64,000 nucleotides of DNA from Patescibacteria group bacterium (GTDB lineage: Bacteria > Patescibacteriota > Minisyncoccia > UBA6257 > 1-14-0-10-40-38): contig JBBTRX010000007.1 in the NCBI GenBank assembly GCA_038064975.1, positions 59,026-123,025 on the forward strand. Reading direction: 5' to 3'. The position numbers were made by a program, and so were the translations under genes. Positions 29,023 through 39,354 of this stretch are shown in pieces (position 1 is the stretch's first letter; the number at the start of each line of letters is the position of its first letter). Below the pieces are notes generated by a model. It was not told where the DNA came from. It ran no database searches and saw only the letters and a program-made list of their open reading frames with translations.

Positions 29023-29883
29023 TTATTTACGCACCTTAGATTGACTGTTTGTGATCCGAACAGATTCCCGTTCCCGAGCAGGCATTGAAAGTTTAACTTC
29101 GCTCTTTTCACTTTTGCCATTCTTTTCGTATAAGTGATTCCGGCTTTTTACGAACTCACAAATTTCATCTTCAAGAAGTTCGCAATTAGGAATCACACAG
29201 TGACCGCCTATCACTCCTTCCATAGGCAAGAGATTCGTTCTGTTAAAACGATACTCGCCGATGGTTGCATAGCCATGGTTATAAATCGTATTCCACTGGG
29301 TATAAATCTCATGGAACGGAACATTGAATTCCTGCGCGATCCGCACCATTTCCTTCATTTTGACGAGATCAAGAGCGTACTGGATGGAAGTGCAACAAAT
29401 TTTTGCCACCTCCGAAGACTCGGGGGATGAAAAAATTTGAACGCTTAAACCAGCCTCAGTTAAGAACTGATATGCCTGATATACCTTATAGGCATTCATA
29501 CCTGCCACAACTTTGCTGAATGCCCGGATGTGCGGCACTAAATCTGGATGGCGGCCGTTCACTGGCGAATGTACCGCAAGCTTTCCAATCGCCCGTGTCG
29601 TGCCGGGTTTCACGGTTGAATGAACGATGACAAGCTTCGGTTGATACTGCTTGATATAATTTTTCGTAATATCAACAAACTGCTCCGAGTAGGGATAACA
29701 AATATTCAGTACATCAAACTGTCCTGAGATAGAAGAGACAACATCTCTAATATGGACTTCATAGGTATCATTCAAAATCTCTGCCATTGATCTGCCGATT
29801 TCTCCGTTCCCGATGACTAATGTTTTCTTTTTTGATTTGCCGGTATTTACCACATCGATCTCCGCGGTAATTTTTTGTCTCAT
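29023..29883 (-). CDS. Short UDP-glucose/GDP-mannose dehydrogenase family protein
   Basis: GNGEIG, HSTVKPGTT, SEVAK and IGGHC; C-terminal domain missing. Confidence 0.8.
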   Translation of the reverse strand: MRQKITAEIDVVNTGKSKKKTLVIGNGEIGRSMAEILNDTYEVHIRDVVSSISGQFDVLNICYPYSEQFVDITKNYIKQYQPKLVIVHSTVKPGTTRAIGKLAVHSPVNGRHPDLVPHIRAFSKVVAGMNAYKVYQAYQFLTEAGLSVQIFSSPESSEVAKICCTSIQYALDLVKMKEMVRIAQEFNVPFHEIYTQWNTIYNHGYATIGEYRFNRTNLLPMEGVIGGHCVIPNCELLEDEICEFVKSRNHLYEKNGKSEKSEVKLSMPARERESVRITNSQSKVRK

Positions 29884-30184
29884 GATTGAGGATTTTTATG
29901 TTAGGGGTGAATAAAAAATGCGACGCTATAACCATTACGAGAAGCTTCGACCTTTACTCCCGATTCTTCTCTCGCAGAAAAGAGATCGGGTGTTTCTAAA
30001 CTTTTTTTATAGAATATAGAGATAGTTGTGTAGTTTCTATGAATAGAAACGTTGAATACTTTCATCCCCACCTCATGTACTCATACCTAAAATTCATCTG
30101 TACTTCAGTATTTTTAATCCCTATGAGAAGTGCCACAAAAAATTCTCCGCCCTGTTGGCGGAGAATTTTTATCTGCTACGCACA

Positions 30185-30433
30185 CTACTTACTCACCATT
30201 CTTACAATACCGATCAAGAGGACTGATCCTAGAAGTGCCACGAGAAGACTATAGAGGTTAAAACCAGTTACACCACCTTCGCCAAAAAAGCTCATGACCC
30301 AGCCTCCAAGTATTGCGCCTACGATACCAACAACAACATTTAAGATTACTCCCTGTTGGGCGTTTGTGCCCATGATCATGGAAGCAATCCATCCCACCAA
30401 CGCTCCAAAAAGAATCCAAATAAGGATGTTCAT
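30185..30433 (-). CDS. GlsB/YeaQ/YmgE stress-response membrane protein
   Basis: WILFGALVGWIAS...NVVVGIVGAILGG. Confidence 0.9.
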   Translation of the reverse strand: MNILIWILFGALVGWIASMIMGTNAQQGVILNVVVGIVGAILGGWVMSFFGEGGVTGFNLYSLLVALLGSVLLIGIVRMVSK

Positions 30434-30454
30434 AATTAAGTAATAAATGATTTG

Positions 30455-30811
30455 TTATTTATCTTCTTGGTCCAATTTCGCCGCGGCTTCCGGCGTGGAC
30501 ACTGATTTACTCATGACGAAAACTTTAATAATTGCGAGTGCGATGAGCCAATAGACGAGCATCGCAAGGAGCGTCGTCCATTCAAAGATACTACCTTCCA
30601 CTTTTGAGATCCGGAATACGTTCAGAAACGGAGCAACGAAGGGATACGTTACTCCATACATGAAGCTAGTAAATCCGGCTGCGGGGTTAGCGCCAAGCAG
30701 TTTCAGAACGAACCGAAACGCCATGAGCGCCTCCAAAACCCCAATGATATACCAAACAACTTGAGTGCCTCGGTATAACGGCTTAGTTGTGGGGGAACTG
30801 TATGAGTCCAT
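30455..30811 (-). CDS. YggT family membrane protein
   Basis: RFVLKLLGANP...TYPFVAPF. Confidence 0.8.
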   Translation of the reverse strand: MDSYSSPTTKPLYRGTQVVWYIIGVLEALMAFRFVLKLLGANPAAGFTSFMYGVTYPFVAPFLNVFRISKVEGSIFEWTTLLAMLVYWLIALAIIKVFVMSKSVSTPEAAAKLDQEDK

Positions 30812-31162
30812 ATGTTATGTGCTTCTTACTCAACGTAGAAGCTTCGACCTTTTAAATCACTAGGCCTCTAAAAAATAGCTATATTCTGACTTCCTTATGA
30901 TGGCTATTTGATTATGTGAATTCTATGAATGGGAATAGACTTTTTTGAAAAAATAATCATTTGGAAAACAATGGAGCTATGCATACGTCTGCAAACGAAA
31001 GGTTCGTCGCATTTTAATAAACTGCGACATCTTCGTTGCTTTTTACTCCTCGAAATATCCCCAAGTGTGTCTTGATTTTTTTATACCTCCTTGCTATTCT
31101 TATAGATAGCACCGAGCGCATTCGCGCTTGGCATCATCGGTCCTTTCTAGGAGATGTTTCCC

Positions 31163-31252
31163 ATGGATCACGACAGCTACGTCCGACCCGTCACCAACGC
31201 TCCCAACGAAGCCGCCAACCACTTCCAGGAGGCCGACGTCCAGATCACCTAG
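31163..31252 (+). CDS. Putative 29-aa peptide
   Basis: AGGAG SD, MDHDSYVRPVTNAPNEAANHFQEADVQIT, terminator at about 31284-31332. Confidence 0.5.
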   Translation: MDHDSYVRPVTNAPNEAANHFQEADVQIT

Positions 31253-31367
31253 AGCGAGCAAGCTCTCCGAGTGACTTGGACAAAGCTCCACCGCAACGAC
31301 CAATCTCGGTCCCTGCGGTGGAGCACTTTTTTATTTCCCTATCAGAGGGTTATTAAATAGCTACCTT

Positions 31368-31934
31368 TTATAAAAACTTCGCCATAAATACGAGATCATC
31401 AAAACCATTTTCTGTAACTACGGCATTCTTTCGAGTTCCTTCCACGGCGTATCCGAATTTTTTATACAGTTTAATTGCCCGTTCATTTTCACCGAATACC
31501 TCTAACTCCATACGACGCACATTGCGCGAGCGGCCAAAATCTTCTGCTGCGGAAAGCAGTTTACTCCCGATACCCTTTCCGCGATGAGAGGCTTTTACTG
31601 ACATAGAAAGGTACGCATTGCCTTTCAGGCGCGCGAACTTGGGGAAAAGAAGAGTGAGATACCCAACGAATGTTCCGTTCTCACGGGCAATGAGGGTTTG
31701 TATGCGATTTCTGGTAATCAGGGTTTTTGCGAGCACATGGGCGATGGTCTCTTTGCGTTCTCCGGATTTTGCTACGAGATGTTCTGCGGTAGACTCAATT
31801 TCATTCCGTAGGCGGATAAAAAGAGATGTTTCCCAAAGCCGTAAGGGTTGAATAGCTATATCGGGCTGTCCAATATTAGTCAGGAGCTGCGGAGAATACA
31901 CTTCTCTAAGATTCTCTTGTATCTTTTTCACCAT
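31368..31934 (-). CDS. GNAT N-acetyltransferase
   Basis: HRGKGIGSKLL; NERAIKLYKKFGY. Confidence 0.9.
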   Translation of the reverse strand: MVKKIQENLREVYSPQLLTNIGQPDIAIQPLRLWETSLFIRLRNEIESTAEHLVAKSGERKETIAHVLAKTLITRNRIQTLIARENGTFVGYLTLLFPKFARLKGNAYLSMSVKASHRGKGIGSKLLSAAEDFGRSRNVRRMELEVFGENERAIKLYKKFGYAVEGTRKNAVVTENGFDDLVFMAKFL

Positions 31935-31998
31935 AAAGGCAAGTATAAACGATTTTGGCGTTAAGGTGTACCGCTATGCTAGGATAAGCCGAACACGC

Positions 31999-32961
31999 AT
32001 GCTTATTGATGATATTTCCATTTCAGTTTCAGCTGGAAAAGGCGGCAAAGGGGCCGTTTCTTTTAGCGATATCAAAATGTCCCTGGGACCAACGGGGGGA
32101 GGTGGAGGAAGAGGTGGTAGCGTCTATTTAGAGGCCGTCGCCGATCTTGGAGCACTCCGGCAGTTCCGCTCGCATAAAAGATTCCCTGCAGAAGACGGGA
32201 GGGATGGGCGCTCCGCGTTTCGGGATGGGCATAACGGCAAAGATCTGATCCTCAAGGTTCCGCGCGGAACTGCAGCAACGAAAATATCAACCGGAGAAAC
32301 GTATGAACTTACTAAATTAGGTGAGGTTATTATGGTAGCTCGAGGCGGAAGAGGAGGAAAAGGAAATTTCCTTTACCGCTCCGCACATAATACTTCTCCC
32401 CGTGAGTTTCAACCGGGACTCCCTGGAGAATCAATTGATCTCCGACTAGAGTTAAAACTCATCGCAGACATCGGACTCATCGGACTCCCCAATATCGGAA
32501 AATCAAGTTTCTTGAACGAAGTCACAAACGCCGAGAGCCGCGTCGCGAATTATGCGTTTACAACGCTTGATCCGCACCTTGGCACGTATCACAACCTTAT
32601 CCTCGCTGATATTCCAGGTCTCATAGAAGGGGCGTCTTCAGGCAAGGGGCTCGGCATTAAATTTTTACGCCACGTGGAACGCACTACGACACTTTTCCAT
32701 TTCGTAAGCGCGGAAAGTACGACTCCAATCGCCGATTACAAGACGGTACGTAAAGAACTTAAGGCATATAATCCAAAACTCTTAAAGAAAAAGGAATATG
32801 TCATCATTTCAAAAACGGATACCATAGATAAGAAACAATTAAAGGTAATGATCGCAAAGTTTAAACCGCACAGTAAAAATGTGATTCCGATTTCCATCTA
32901 TGACCCTGAGGCTATAGAGCATATCCGCACCGTATTAAACAAGATGAGTTCGCAAATTTAA
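31999..32961 (+). CDS. obgE: GTPase ObgE
   Basis: Gly-rich Obg domain; GLPNIGKS, YAFTT and DIPG. Confidence 0.95.
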   Translation: MLIDDISISVSAGKGGKGAVSFSDIKMSLGPTGGGGGRGGSVYLEAVADLGALRQFRSHKRFPAEDGRDGRSAFRDGHNGKDLILKVPRGTAATKISTGETYELTKLGEVIMVARGGRGGKGNFLYRSAHNTSPREFQPGLPGESIDLRLELKLIADIGLIGLPNIGKSSFLNEVTNAESRVANYAFTTLDPHLGTYHNLILADIPGLIEGASSGKGLGIKFLRHVERTTTLFHFVSAESTTPIADYKTVRKELKAYNPKLLKKKEYVIISKTDTIDKKQLKVMIAKFKPHSKNVIPISIYDPEAIEHIRTVLNKMSSQI

Positions 32962-33171
32962 TAAAAAAGAATCTAGAATCTAGTATTTAGAAATTAGTAT
33001 ATTGAATAAGAATTTTTAATTCACAAAAAGGAAGTGGGTAGAATATTTAAAAAGGCCATTCTTATAACTTTTCACGTCAAAGCGAGTCTTATTGTTTGAA
33101 AGGGTCATTCTGATAGCATTTCAAACAATAAGGCGAGAGGTATTTTATCCATTGTTTATTATTCATTCTTG

Positions 33172-34353
33172 CTACACAATTTTTGCTTCCTGCTCAATCG
33201 CGCGTAGGCGGTTATATTTCGCTATTCGTTCCGGAGCCCGGGGGACTCCAAGCTTAAGCCCGTAAGCCCCCACCCCATAGGCAAAATCGGCGATAAAATC
33301 GTCTAGCGTTTCTCCGCTCCGATGAGAAGCGACAATATGCCATCCCCACTCTTTTGCCTGTCGCACAGCTGCGATAGTTTCCGTTACTGTGCCGATCTGA
33401 TTCGGCTTTATTACTATTCCCGTAATAGCCCCTTCACTATGTGCACGCTTCATGCGCTTTATATTTGTTACCGTAAGGTCGTCTCCAAGAATACGCTTAG
33501 TACCAAGCTTTTTCTGTAACGCACGGAACGAAACGAAGTCTTCTTCAAAAAAAGGATCTTCAATATAAGAGAGGTGCTGCCGATAGGCAAAATCTTCATA
33601 CAACGACAATAATTTTTCTTTTCTTATGTGTACATTACTTGCAGCTGCATCCAATCCGTAGTCCATCCGATCCGCTAGCCCGATATTTTCTGCCGCGGCA
33701 TGAAGAATCTGAAACGGTTCTTCGTTATTACTAAAGTTCGGTGCAAATCCCCCTTCGTCACCCATAGGAAGAGCATGATTGCCATGCCGATGCTCAAGTA
33801 AAAATTTAGTTTCTAAATATATTTTTTGAGCGGCATCAATTGAAGAGCCGAGCGTTTGCGCACGCGGGATAACAATATATTCCTGGAAGTCCAGATTATT
33901 ATTCGCGTGCAATCCGCCGTGGATCACGTTTACAAAAAGACGCGGGAATGAAAACTCCGATACGACACATCCGCTTAGATTTCTAATATGCTTCCAGAGC
34001 GGAATGTTCCGTTCGTGAGCAGCAAGCCGCGCGACGGCAATAGAAACCGCAAGGATAGCATTCCCGCCCAGGCGCGATTTCTCATGAGTGCCATCAAGTT
34101 CGCACATTTTTTCATCAATGCGTTCCTGATCATTCGGACTCATCCCTATAATCGCAGGAGCGATGATATCCCGAATATTCCAAACCGCGATCTCTGGCTT
34201 CTCTACAAACGCTTCATAGGCCCCCACACTCTTCCCCTGGGGAACGGACGCCGAAACACGCATCCCATTTGAGGATACAATTTCAAGAGCGACCGTTGGG
34301 AGTCCGCGAGAATCGTTAATTACACTACCTTTAAGTGATACGATTTTATTCAT
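33172..34353 (-). CDS. eno: Enolase (divergent)
   Basis: DSRGLPTV, GDEGGF, KPNQIGT and SHRSGET. Confidence 0.93.
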   Translation of the reverse strand: MNKIVSLKGSVINDSRGLPTVALEIVSSNGMRVSASVPQGKSVGAYEAFVEKPEIAVWNIRDIIAPAIIGMSPNDQERIDEKMCELDGTHEKSRLGGNAILAVSIAVARLAAHERNIPLWKHIRNLSGCVVSEFSFPRLFVNVIHGGLHANNNLDFQEYIVIPRAQTLGSSIDAAQKIYLETKFLLEHRHGNHALPMGDEGGFAPNFSNNEEPFQILHAAAENIGLADRMDYGLDAAASNVHIRKEKLLSLYEDFAYRQHLSYIEDPFFEEDFVSFRALQKKLGTKRILGDDLTVTNIKRMKRAHSEGAITGIVIKPNQIGTVTETIAAVRQAKEWGWHIVASHRSGETLDDFIADFAYGVGAYGLKLGVPRAPERIAKYNRLRAIEQEAKIV

Positions 34354-35371
34354 GCTGCTCTACGATGTTTTTGGGCGTACCGGCAATAAATCCAGCAACA
34401 TCGTGAAGCGTAGTATTTAAAATCCTTTGACGAGCTTCTTTAGTATTGAATGCGTTATGCGGAGTAACGACAACGTTCGGAAGATCAACGAGAATATGAT
34501 TCTCAAGCGCTATTTTTAAATTTTCTGCGTTCGGATGCCCGTGCACGAGAAATCCTAACTCATCTTTTACGATTCCTTCTTCCTCCAGCACGTCTAAACC
34601 TGCTCCGCCTAATATTCCGCTCTGAAGTGCCCGCACCATTGCATCTGTATCTACTACCGCCCCTCTACTCGTATTAATGAGATACGCGCCTTTTTTTACT
34701 TTTCCAAATGCAGCTTCATTCAAGAGATGATGCGTTGCTTTCATATATGGAATATGGATGGTCAGCACATCGCTCTTTGCTAAAAGCTCATCAAGGGAAA
34801 CATAGGTAAAGCCAAGCGATCCAGCAAGTTCTTGATTCGGATATGGATCGTATCCCACGACCTCCATACCAAATCCTTTTCCCATCTTAATTGCGTGGCG
34901 GCCGATTCTTCCGGTACCGAGAACTCCCAGAGTTTTTCCTGCAAGATCAAATCCTTCCAATCCTTGTTGACTAAAACTTCCTGTTTCACGGATGCGGTCA
35001 TATGCCAAATGTACTTTGCGCGAAAGTGTTAAGAGTAACGCGAAAGCATATTCCGCGACGGTATTCTCTCCGTAAGAAGGGACATTAGATACGACAATAT
35101 TGCGCTCGCGGGCCGCGGCAAGATCAATATGGTCAAAACCAGTAGATCGCGTAACAATGCATTTTAAGTTTGGCATTCCTTGTATCGTTTCCCGATTTAC
35201 TACCGAATCAACGAACACTGATAATATTTCTGCATCAGAAGCAGGGGGAATAACACCTGCTTTAAGTGCTTCAGGCAAAAATATTGCATCAATCGTAATA
35301 TTCAATTCCTTTATTTTATTCTCAAGATATTCTTTTTCTTCTCCCGCGGAACCGTAAAATAATATTTTCAT
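34346..35371 (-). CDS. D-isomer 2-hydroxyacid dehydrogenase (D-lactate dehydrogenase-like)
   Basis: RSTGFDH, GTGRIG, NTSRG, LDVLEEE and TPHNAF. Confidence 0.9.
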   Translation of the reverse strand: MKILFYGSAGEEKEYLENKIKELNITIDAIFLPEALKAGVIPPASDAEILSVFVDSVVNRETIQGMPNLKCIVTRSTGFDHIDLAAARERNIVVSNVPSYGENTVAEYAFALLLTLSRKVHLAYDRIRETGSFSQQGLEGFDLAGKTLGVLGTGRIGRHAIKMGKGFGMEVVGYDPYPNQELAGSLGFTYVSLDELLAKSDVLTIHIPYMKATHHLLNEAAFGKVKKGAYLINTSRGAVVDTDAMVRALQSGILGGAGLDVLEEEGIVKDELGFLVHGHPNAENLKIALENHILVDLPNVVVTPHNAFNTKEARQRILNTTLHDVAGFIAGTPKNIVEQHE

Positions 35372-35484
35372 GTGTATCCTAATTATGAAGCAAATCTTTG
35401 AATATACAACTGGTGCGAATCCCCTCATCTTAAGCCCTACAAGCTCTATTCAAATTAAAAAAGATGATGTACTATATCCCTATT

Positions 35485-36231
35485 ATGGAAAACATAGAAA
35501 ACGAACAAAAGCCGACGAGCCGCGAAAAATGGGAAGTTCGTCAGCAAAAGAAACTTGAGGAACGGACATCACAATCCCAAACTCGCCTTATGAAGAAAAT
35601 AGGGTTCTTTACTGCAGTTGTGATAGGCGTAGCAGGGCTCGGATTCTTAGTAACAATTGCCCTTCGTGCAATTCCGCCAGCCGGACAGACGGCCTCACTT
35701 GCGGATATCGTAACCACATCAGATTGGCAAAAAGGAAATCCGAACGCACCGGTTACTATTGTTGAATACAGCGACTTCCAATGCCCTGCGTGCGCATATT
35801 ATTACCCGATCATTAAAGAAACGTTAGAAAAAACAGGTGAGTCTGTCCGTTTTGTATATCGGCATTTCCCTCTTACGTCCGTCCATCCTAAAGCAGAACC
35901 TGCTGCGCTCGCTGCGGAAGCTGCAGGCATGCAAGGCAAATTCTGGGAAATGCATGACCTTCTTTTTGAAAATCAAAAAGCATGGTCTGAACAGCGGAAT
36001 GCTAAAGAATTTTTTATGAATTATGCAGCCACACTCGGTCTTGATGTTGATGCATTCGAAGAAGATCTGGATGCCCGAGCATCTAAACAAAAGATTGAAA
36101 GCCATGTTGCGGGAGCATTCGCTTCTGGCGTTCAGGGAACTCCTACGTTTTTCATTAATGGAACGCCGATACAAAATCCGCAATCCGTAGAAGAATTTGA
36201 GATCCTTATTGCCGCAGCACTTACGGAGTAG
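35485..36231 (+). CDS. DsbA/BdbD-like thiol-disulfide oxidoreductase
   Basis: SDFQCPAC, RHFPL and GTPTF. Confidence 0.92.
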   Translation: MENIENEQKPTSREKWEVRQQKKLEERTSQSQTRLMKKIGFFTAVVIGVAGLGFLVTIALRAIPPAGQTASLADIVTTSDWQKGNPNAPVTIVEYSDFQCPACAYYYPIIKETLEKTGESVRFVYRHFPLTSVHPKAEPAALAAEAAGMQGKFWEMHDLLFENQKAWSEQRNAKEFFMNYAATLGLDVDAFEEDLDARASKQKIESHVAGAFASGVQGTPTFFINGTPIQNPQSVEEFEILIAAALTE

Positions 36232-36303
36232 CACTTAAAAACGTTTTATACAAAAAAAGGACTGTCAGTCCTTTTTTTGTTTCTCTTCATGTATACTAAA
36301 GAT

Positions 36304-36516
36304 ATGCTAAATACATTTTTTGAAAACAATACATTCCTTATCCTCGTACTCATAGTGCTTTGGACTTTGCCGTGGAAGGGCATCGCCCTTTGGCATGCAG
36401 CACGCCGCAAAGAACGCAACTGGTTTATCGCGCTTCTTATCATTAATACATTCGCACTTTTAGAAATTTTCTATCTCGCATTTTGGATTAAACGGCATCC
36501 GAAACAGGAAAATTAA
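36304..36516 (+). CDS. DUF5652-like small membrane protein
   Basis: WKGIALWHAARR...WFIALLIINT..LLEIFY. Confidence 0.8.
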   Translation: MLNTFFENNTFLILVLIVLWTLPWKGIALWHAARRKERNWFIALLIINTFALLEIFYLAFWIKRHPKQEN

Positions 36517-36545
36517 CTCGCAGTAGAGACGCGTCATTTGAAAAC

Positions 36546-37850
36546 ATGCAATTCTTCTCTAGAAATAGCAGAGTCTCCCCGGAGGAGTTTGAAACTATTG
36601 AACAAGCGATTACTCCTTATGGAGAGCATCTTAAAACCGTTGTAGAGAAGGGCGGATACAGTAAGACAGAAAGCTCACTCTGCCTTCCCAGCGATGAAAA
36701 ACTCTTACGCCTTTCAGAAGAGGCCGTGAATGTAAAATCATCCCCTGCGCTCCGTTATATATTTGTCGTGGGTATTGGAGGATCAGACTTAGGAACAAAA
36801 GCTGTCTACGACGCTATATTTGGATACTATGATGGAATAGAACCGCATCGATTCCCTAAAATAATTTTCCTTGAAACTGCGGATGCAACGCATCTCCACC
36901 GCATGCAGGGCGGCCTTTCGCTTTCTGAACTTAACCCCAAGGAATTTGTCGTCGTTATTGTAAGCAAATCAGGAACAACGACAGAGACAATCGCAAACAG
37001 CGAAGTGCTTATTCATTTTTTAAAAGGGCGAGAATCTGAACTTCTCCATCGTATCGTTGTTATTACGGAACTTGATTCAATATTATGGAAAGCAGCTGAA
37101 GCTCAAGGGATTACAACGCTCCCCATTCCTAAAACCGTTGGAGGAAGGTATTCCGTTTTCTCTCCAGTAGGAGTGTTTCCTCTCATGATGTGCGGCATTG
37201 ATGTGCACGATCTTTTGGAAGGAGCACGCGATATGAGAGAGCAGTGCTTGAAACCACAACATAAGGAAAATCCCGCTCTCGCGTCAGCTGCCGTATTGTT
37301 CACCTACTATGAGCAAGGACTTGTAGTGCACGACAGTTTTTTCTTCCATCCTGCATTAGAGTCTCTTGGAAAATGGTATCGCCAACTTGTCGGCGAAAGT
37401 TTGGGTAAAGAAAATATAAAAAAATCTCCCGTTGGCATTCTCCCTACAGTTTCTCTCGGATCAACAGATTTACATTCCGTGGGCCAACTCTATTTTGGCG
37501 GACCCAAGCGATCCGTCACTACTTTTATTTCTGTAATCAATGAACCGGCAACCGCAATTCCCACTTCCCGCTTGTTCCCCGAATTGGAACCCCGGCTTGC
37601 GAACAAGCGGATGAACGATGTTCTACTCGCTACCTTAAAAGGCACAAAGCTCGCATATCAAAATCATGGCTTGCCGTTTCTTGAAACAGAACTCTCTGCC
37701 GTTAACGCACGCGAACTTGGCAAATATTTAATGTGGAAGATGATGGAAGTCATGTTTCTTGCACAATTATTGGAGGTAAATGCATTTGATCAACCAAATG
37801 TTGAAGCATATAAGAAAGAAACGCGCGCTATCTTGGACTTTCACGAATAA
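36546..37850 (+). CDS. pgi: Glucose-6-phosphate isomerase
   Basis: GIGGS, SKSGTT, GGRYS, ESLGK and FDQPNVEAYK. Confidence 0.93.
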   Translation: MQFFSRNSRVSPEEFETIEQAITPYGEHLKTVVEKGGYSKTESSLCLPSDEKLLRLSEEAVNVKSSPALRYIFVVGIGGSDLGTKAVYDAIFGYYDGIEPHRFPKIIFLETADATHLHRMQGGLSLSELNPKEFVVVIVSKSGTTTETIANSEVLIHFLKGRESELLHRIVVITELDSILWKAAEAQGITTLPIPKTVGGRYSVFSPVGVFPLMMCGIDVHDLLEGARDMREQCLKPQHKENPALASAAVLFTYYEQGLVVHDSFFFHPALESLGKWYRQLVGESLGKENIKKSPVGILPTVSLGSTDLHSVGQLYFGGPKRSVTTFISVINEPATAIPTSRLFPELEPRLANKRMNDVLLATLKGTKLAYQNHGLPFLETELSAVNARELGKYLMWKMMEVMFLAQLLEVNAFDQPNVEAYKKETRAILDFHE

Positions 37851-37941
37851 CCGGCTGTGCATGAAGATGAAGACAATATCCGTTATAATGAAGATATTGA
37901 AAAAAGGTCGATTACTAAGCCATTAAAAGAATACGGATACT

Positions 37942-38172
37942 ATGAAAGGAAAAGGATTACACATGATAGCGTTCTTGCTCGTCATTGTTGGCGGCTTGAA
38001 TTGGCTTTTACTCGCTGTTTTCGGTACCGACATTGGCACATGGATCGGCGGAATGGAATCAATTCAGGCGAAAGTTGTTTATGTTCTTGTGGGCCTTTCA
38101 GCAATTTATTTGCTCGTCGGCCATAAGAAGAATTGCAAGATGTGCTCTATGGGAAATGGCATGGGCCAATAA
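37942..38172 (+). CDS. DUF378 family membrane protein
   Basis: LVIVGGLNW...VYVLVGLSA. Confidence 0.85.
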   Translation: MKGKGLHMIAFLLVIVGGLNWLLLAVFGTDIGTWIGGMESIQAKVVYVLVGLSAIYLLVGHKKNCKMCSMGNGMGQ

Positions 38173-38537
38173 GCAATTTAGTTTCTTTTAATAAAAACGA
38201 TCTGTGTGAGGCAGATCGTTTTTATTTTGCGCGTAAAAATATTGAGTGATAAAAAAATCATTTTATTTTCATAATTAATAATACAAAATAATATTAATTG
38301 CGTGCGTAAAAAAGTTTTTGCACGAAAAAATACAAAAAATATTTTTCTGTGGATAAATTCCCTAGGTTATTTTGTAGAAAGTGCATATACTTTATGTGAG
38401 GGGAGAATTTTTGAAAAAAATTCACATATCCAATTGGATACATTTGCAATCTCGTGCGCAACTCTTCTCTTCTCACGTCGCACGAAACGCACAAAGGTCG
38501 ATCCCAATCATTAGTACTACGTTATACAATTAATTTT

Positions 38538-38642
38538 ATGGCAGCACGCAAACGAAAAAAGACAGCGAAGAAACGGACAGTAAAACGAACTACTCGCCGC
38601 AAGACATCAAAGAAAAAGACTTCTCGCCGCAAGCGGAAGTAA
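38538..38642 (+). CDS. Very basic 34-aa protein (histone H1/protamine-like composition)
   Basis: MAARKRKKTAKKRTVKRTTRRKTSKKKTSRRKRK; leader motif upstream and terminator at 38663-38692. Confidence 0.7.
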   Translation: MAARKRKKTAKKRTVKRTTRRKTSKKKTSRRKRK

Positions 38643-38727
38643 GATTCTTAGATACTAATCCAATAAAACCCCTTACGTTAAGGGGTTTTATTGCGCTTCA
38701 CAAGGAACCACATATACACTAGAGAAT

Positions 38728-39354
38728 ATGGATACTACGCAACTGAAGAAAAAGGCGCTTACTATTAATAGAGAGCTGAAACGCTTGCATCCAGATGCTG
38801 TAATCGCATTACAGTTTAAAAACCATTGGGAACTGCTCGTCTCGGTCATTCTCTCCGCGCAATGCACGGATAAAAAAGTAAACGAAGTTACGGCAAAACT
38901 TTTTAAGAAATATAAAACACTCCAGAGTTACGTCACCGCGAACCCCAAGGAATTTGAACAGGATATCTATCAGACCGGATTCTATCGCGCAAAGACGCGC
39001 AACATTCTGCGTGCCGCAAAAATGATTAAAGAAAAATTTGGAGGTAAAATCCCGAATACTATGCGTGAAATATTGGAATTACCCGGCGTCGCGCGTAAAA
39101 CAGCCAACGTTGTATTAGGTAATGCCCATAATGTCGTTGAAGGGATTGCTGTGGACACTCACGTAAAACGCCTTACACGTCTTTTCGGCCTGACGCGGCA
39201 TCACGATCCGGTAAAAATAGAGCAGGATCTTATGGCACTACTCCCTCAAAAAGAATGGTTCGGATTCACATATCGCATTATTGATTACGGACGTGCGCAT
39301 TGCACGGCACGATGCAAACATGTATCATGTCCATTACACAAGTACATCGCTTAA
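38728..39354 (+). CDS. nth: Endonuclease III
   Basis: LSAQCTD, LPGVARKTANVV and AVDTHV. Confidence 0.93.
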   Translation: MDTTQLKKKALTINRELKRLHPDAVIALQFKNHWELLVSVILSAQCTDKKVNEVTAKLFKKYKTLQSYVTANPKEFEQDIYQTGFYRAKTRNILRAAKMIKEKFGGKIPNTMREILELPGVARKTANVVLGNAHNVVEGIAVDTHVKRLTRLFGLTRHHDPVKIEQDLMALLPQKEWFGFTYRIIDYGRAHCTARCKHVSCPLHKYIA

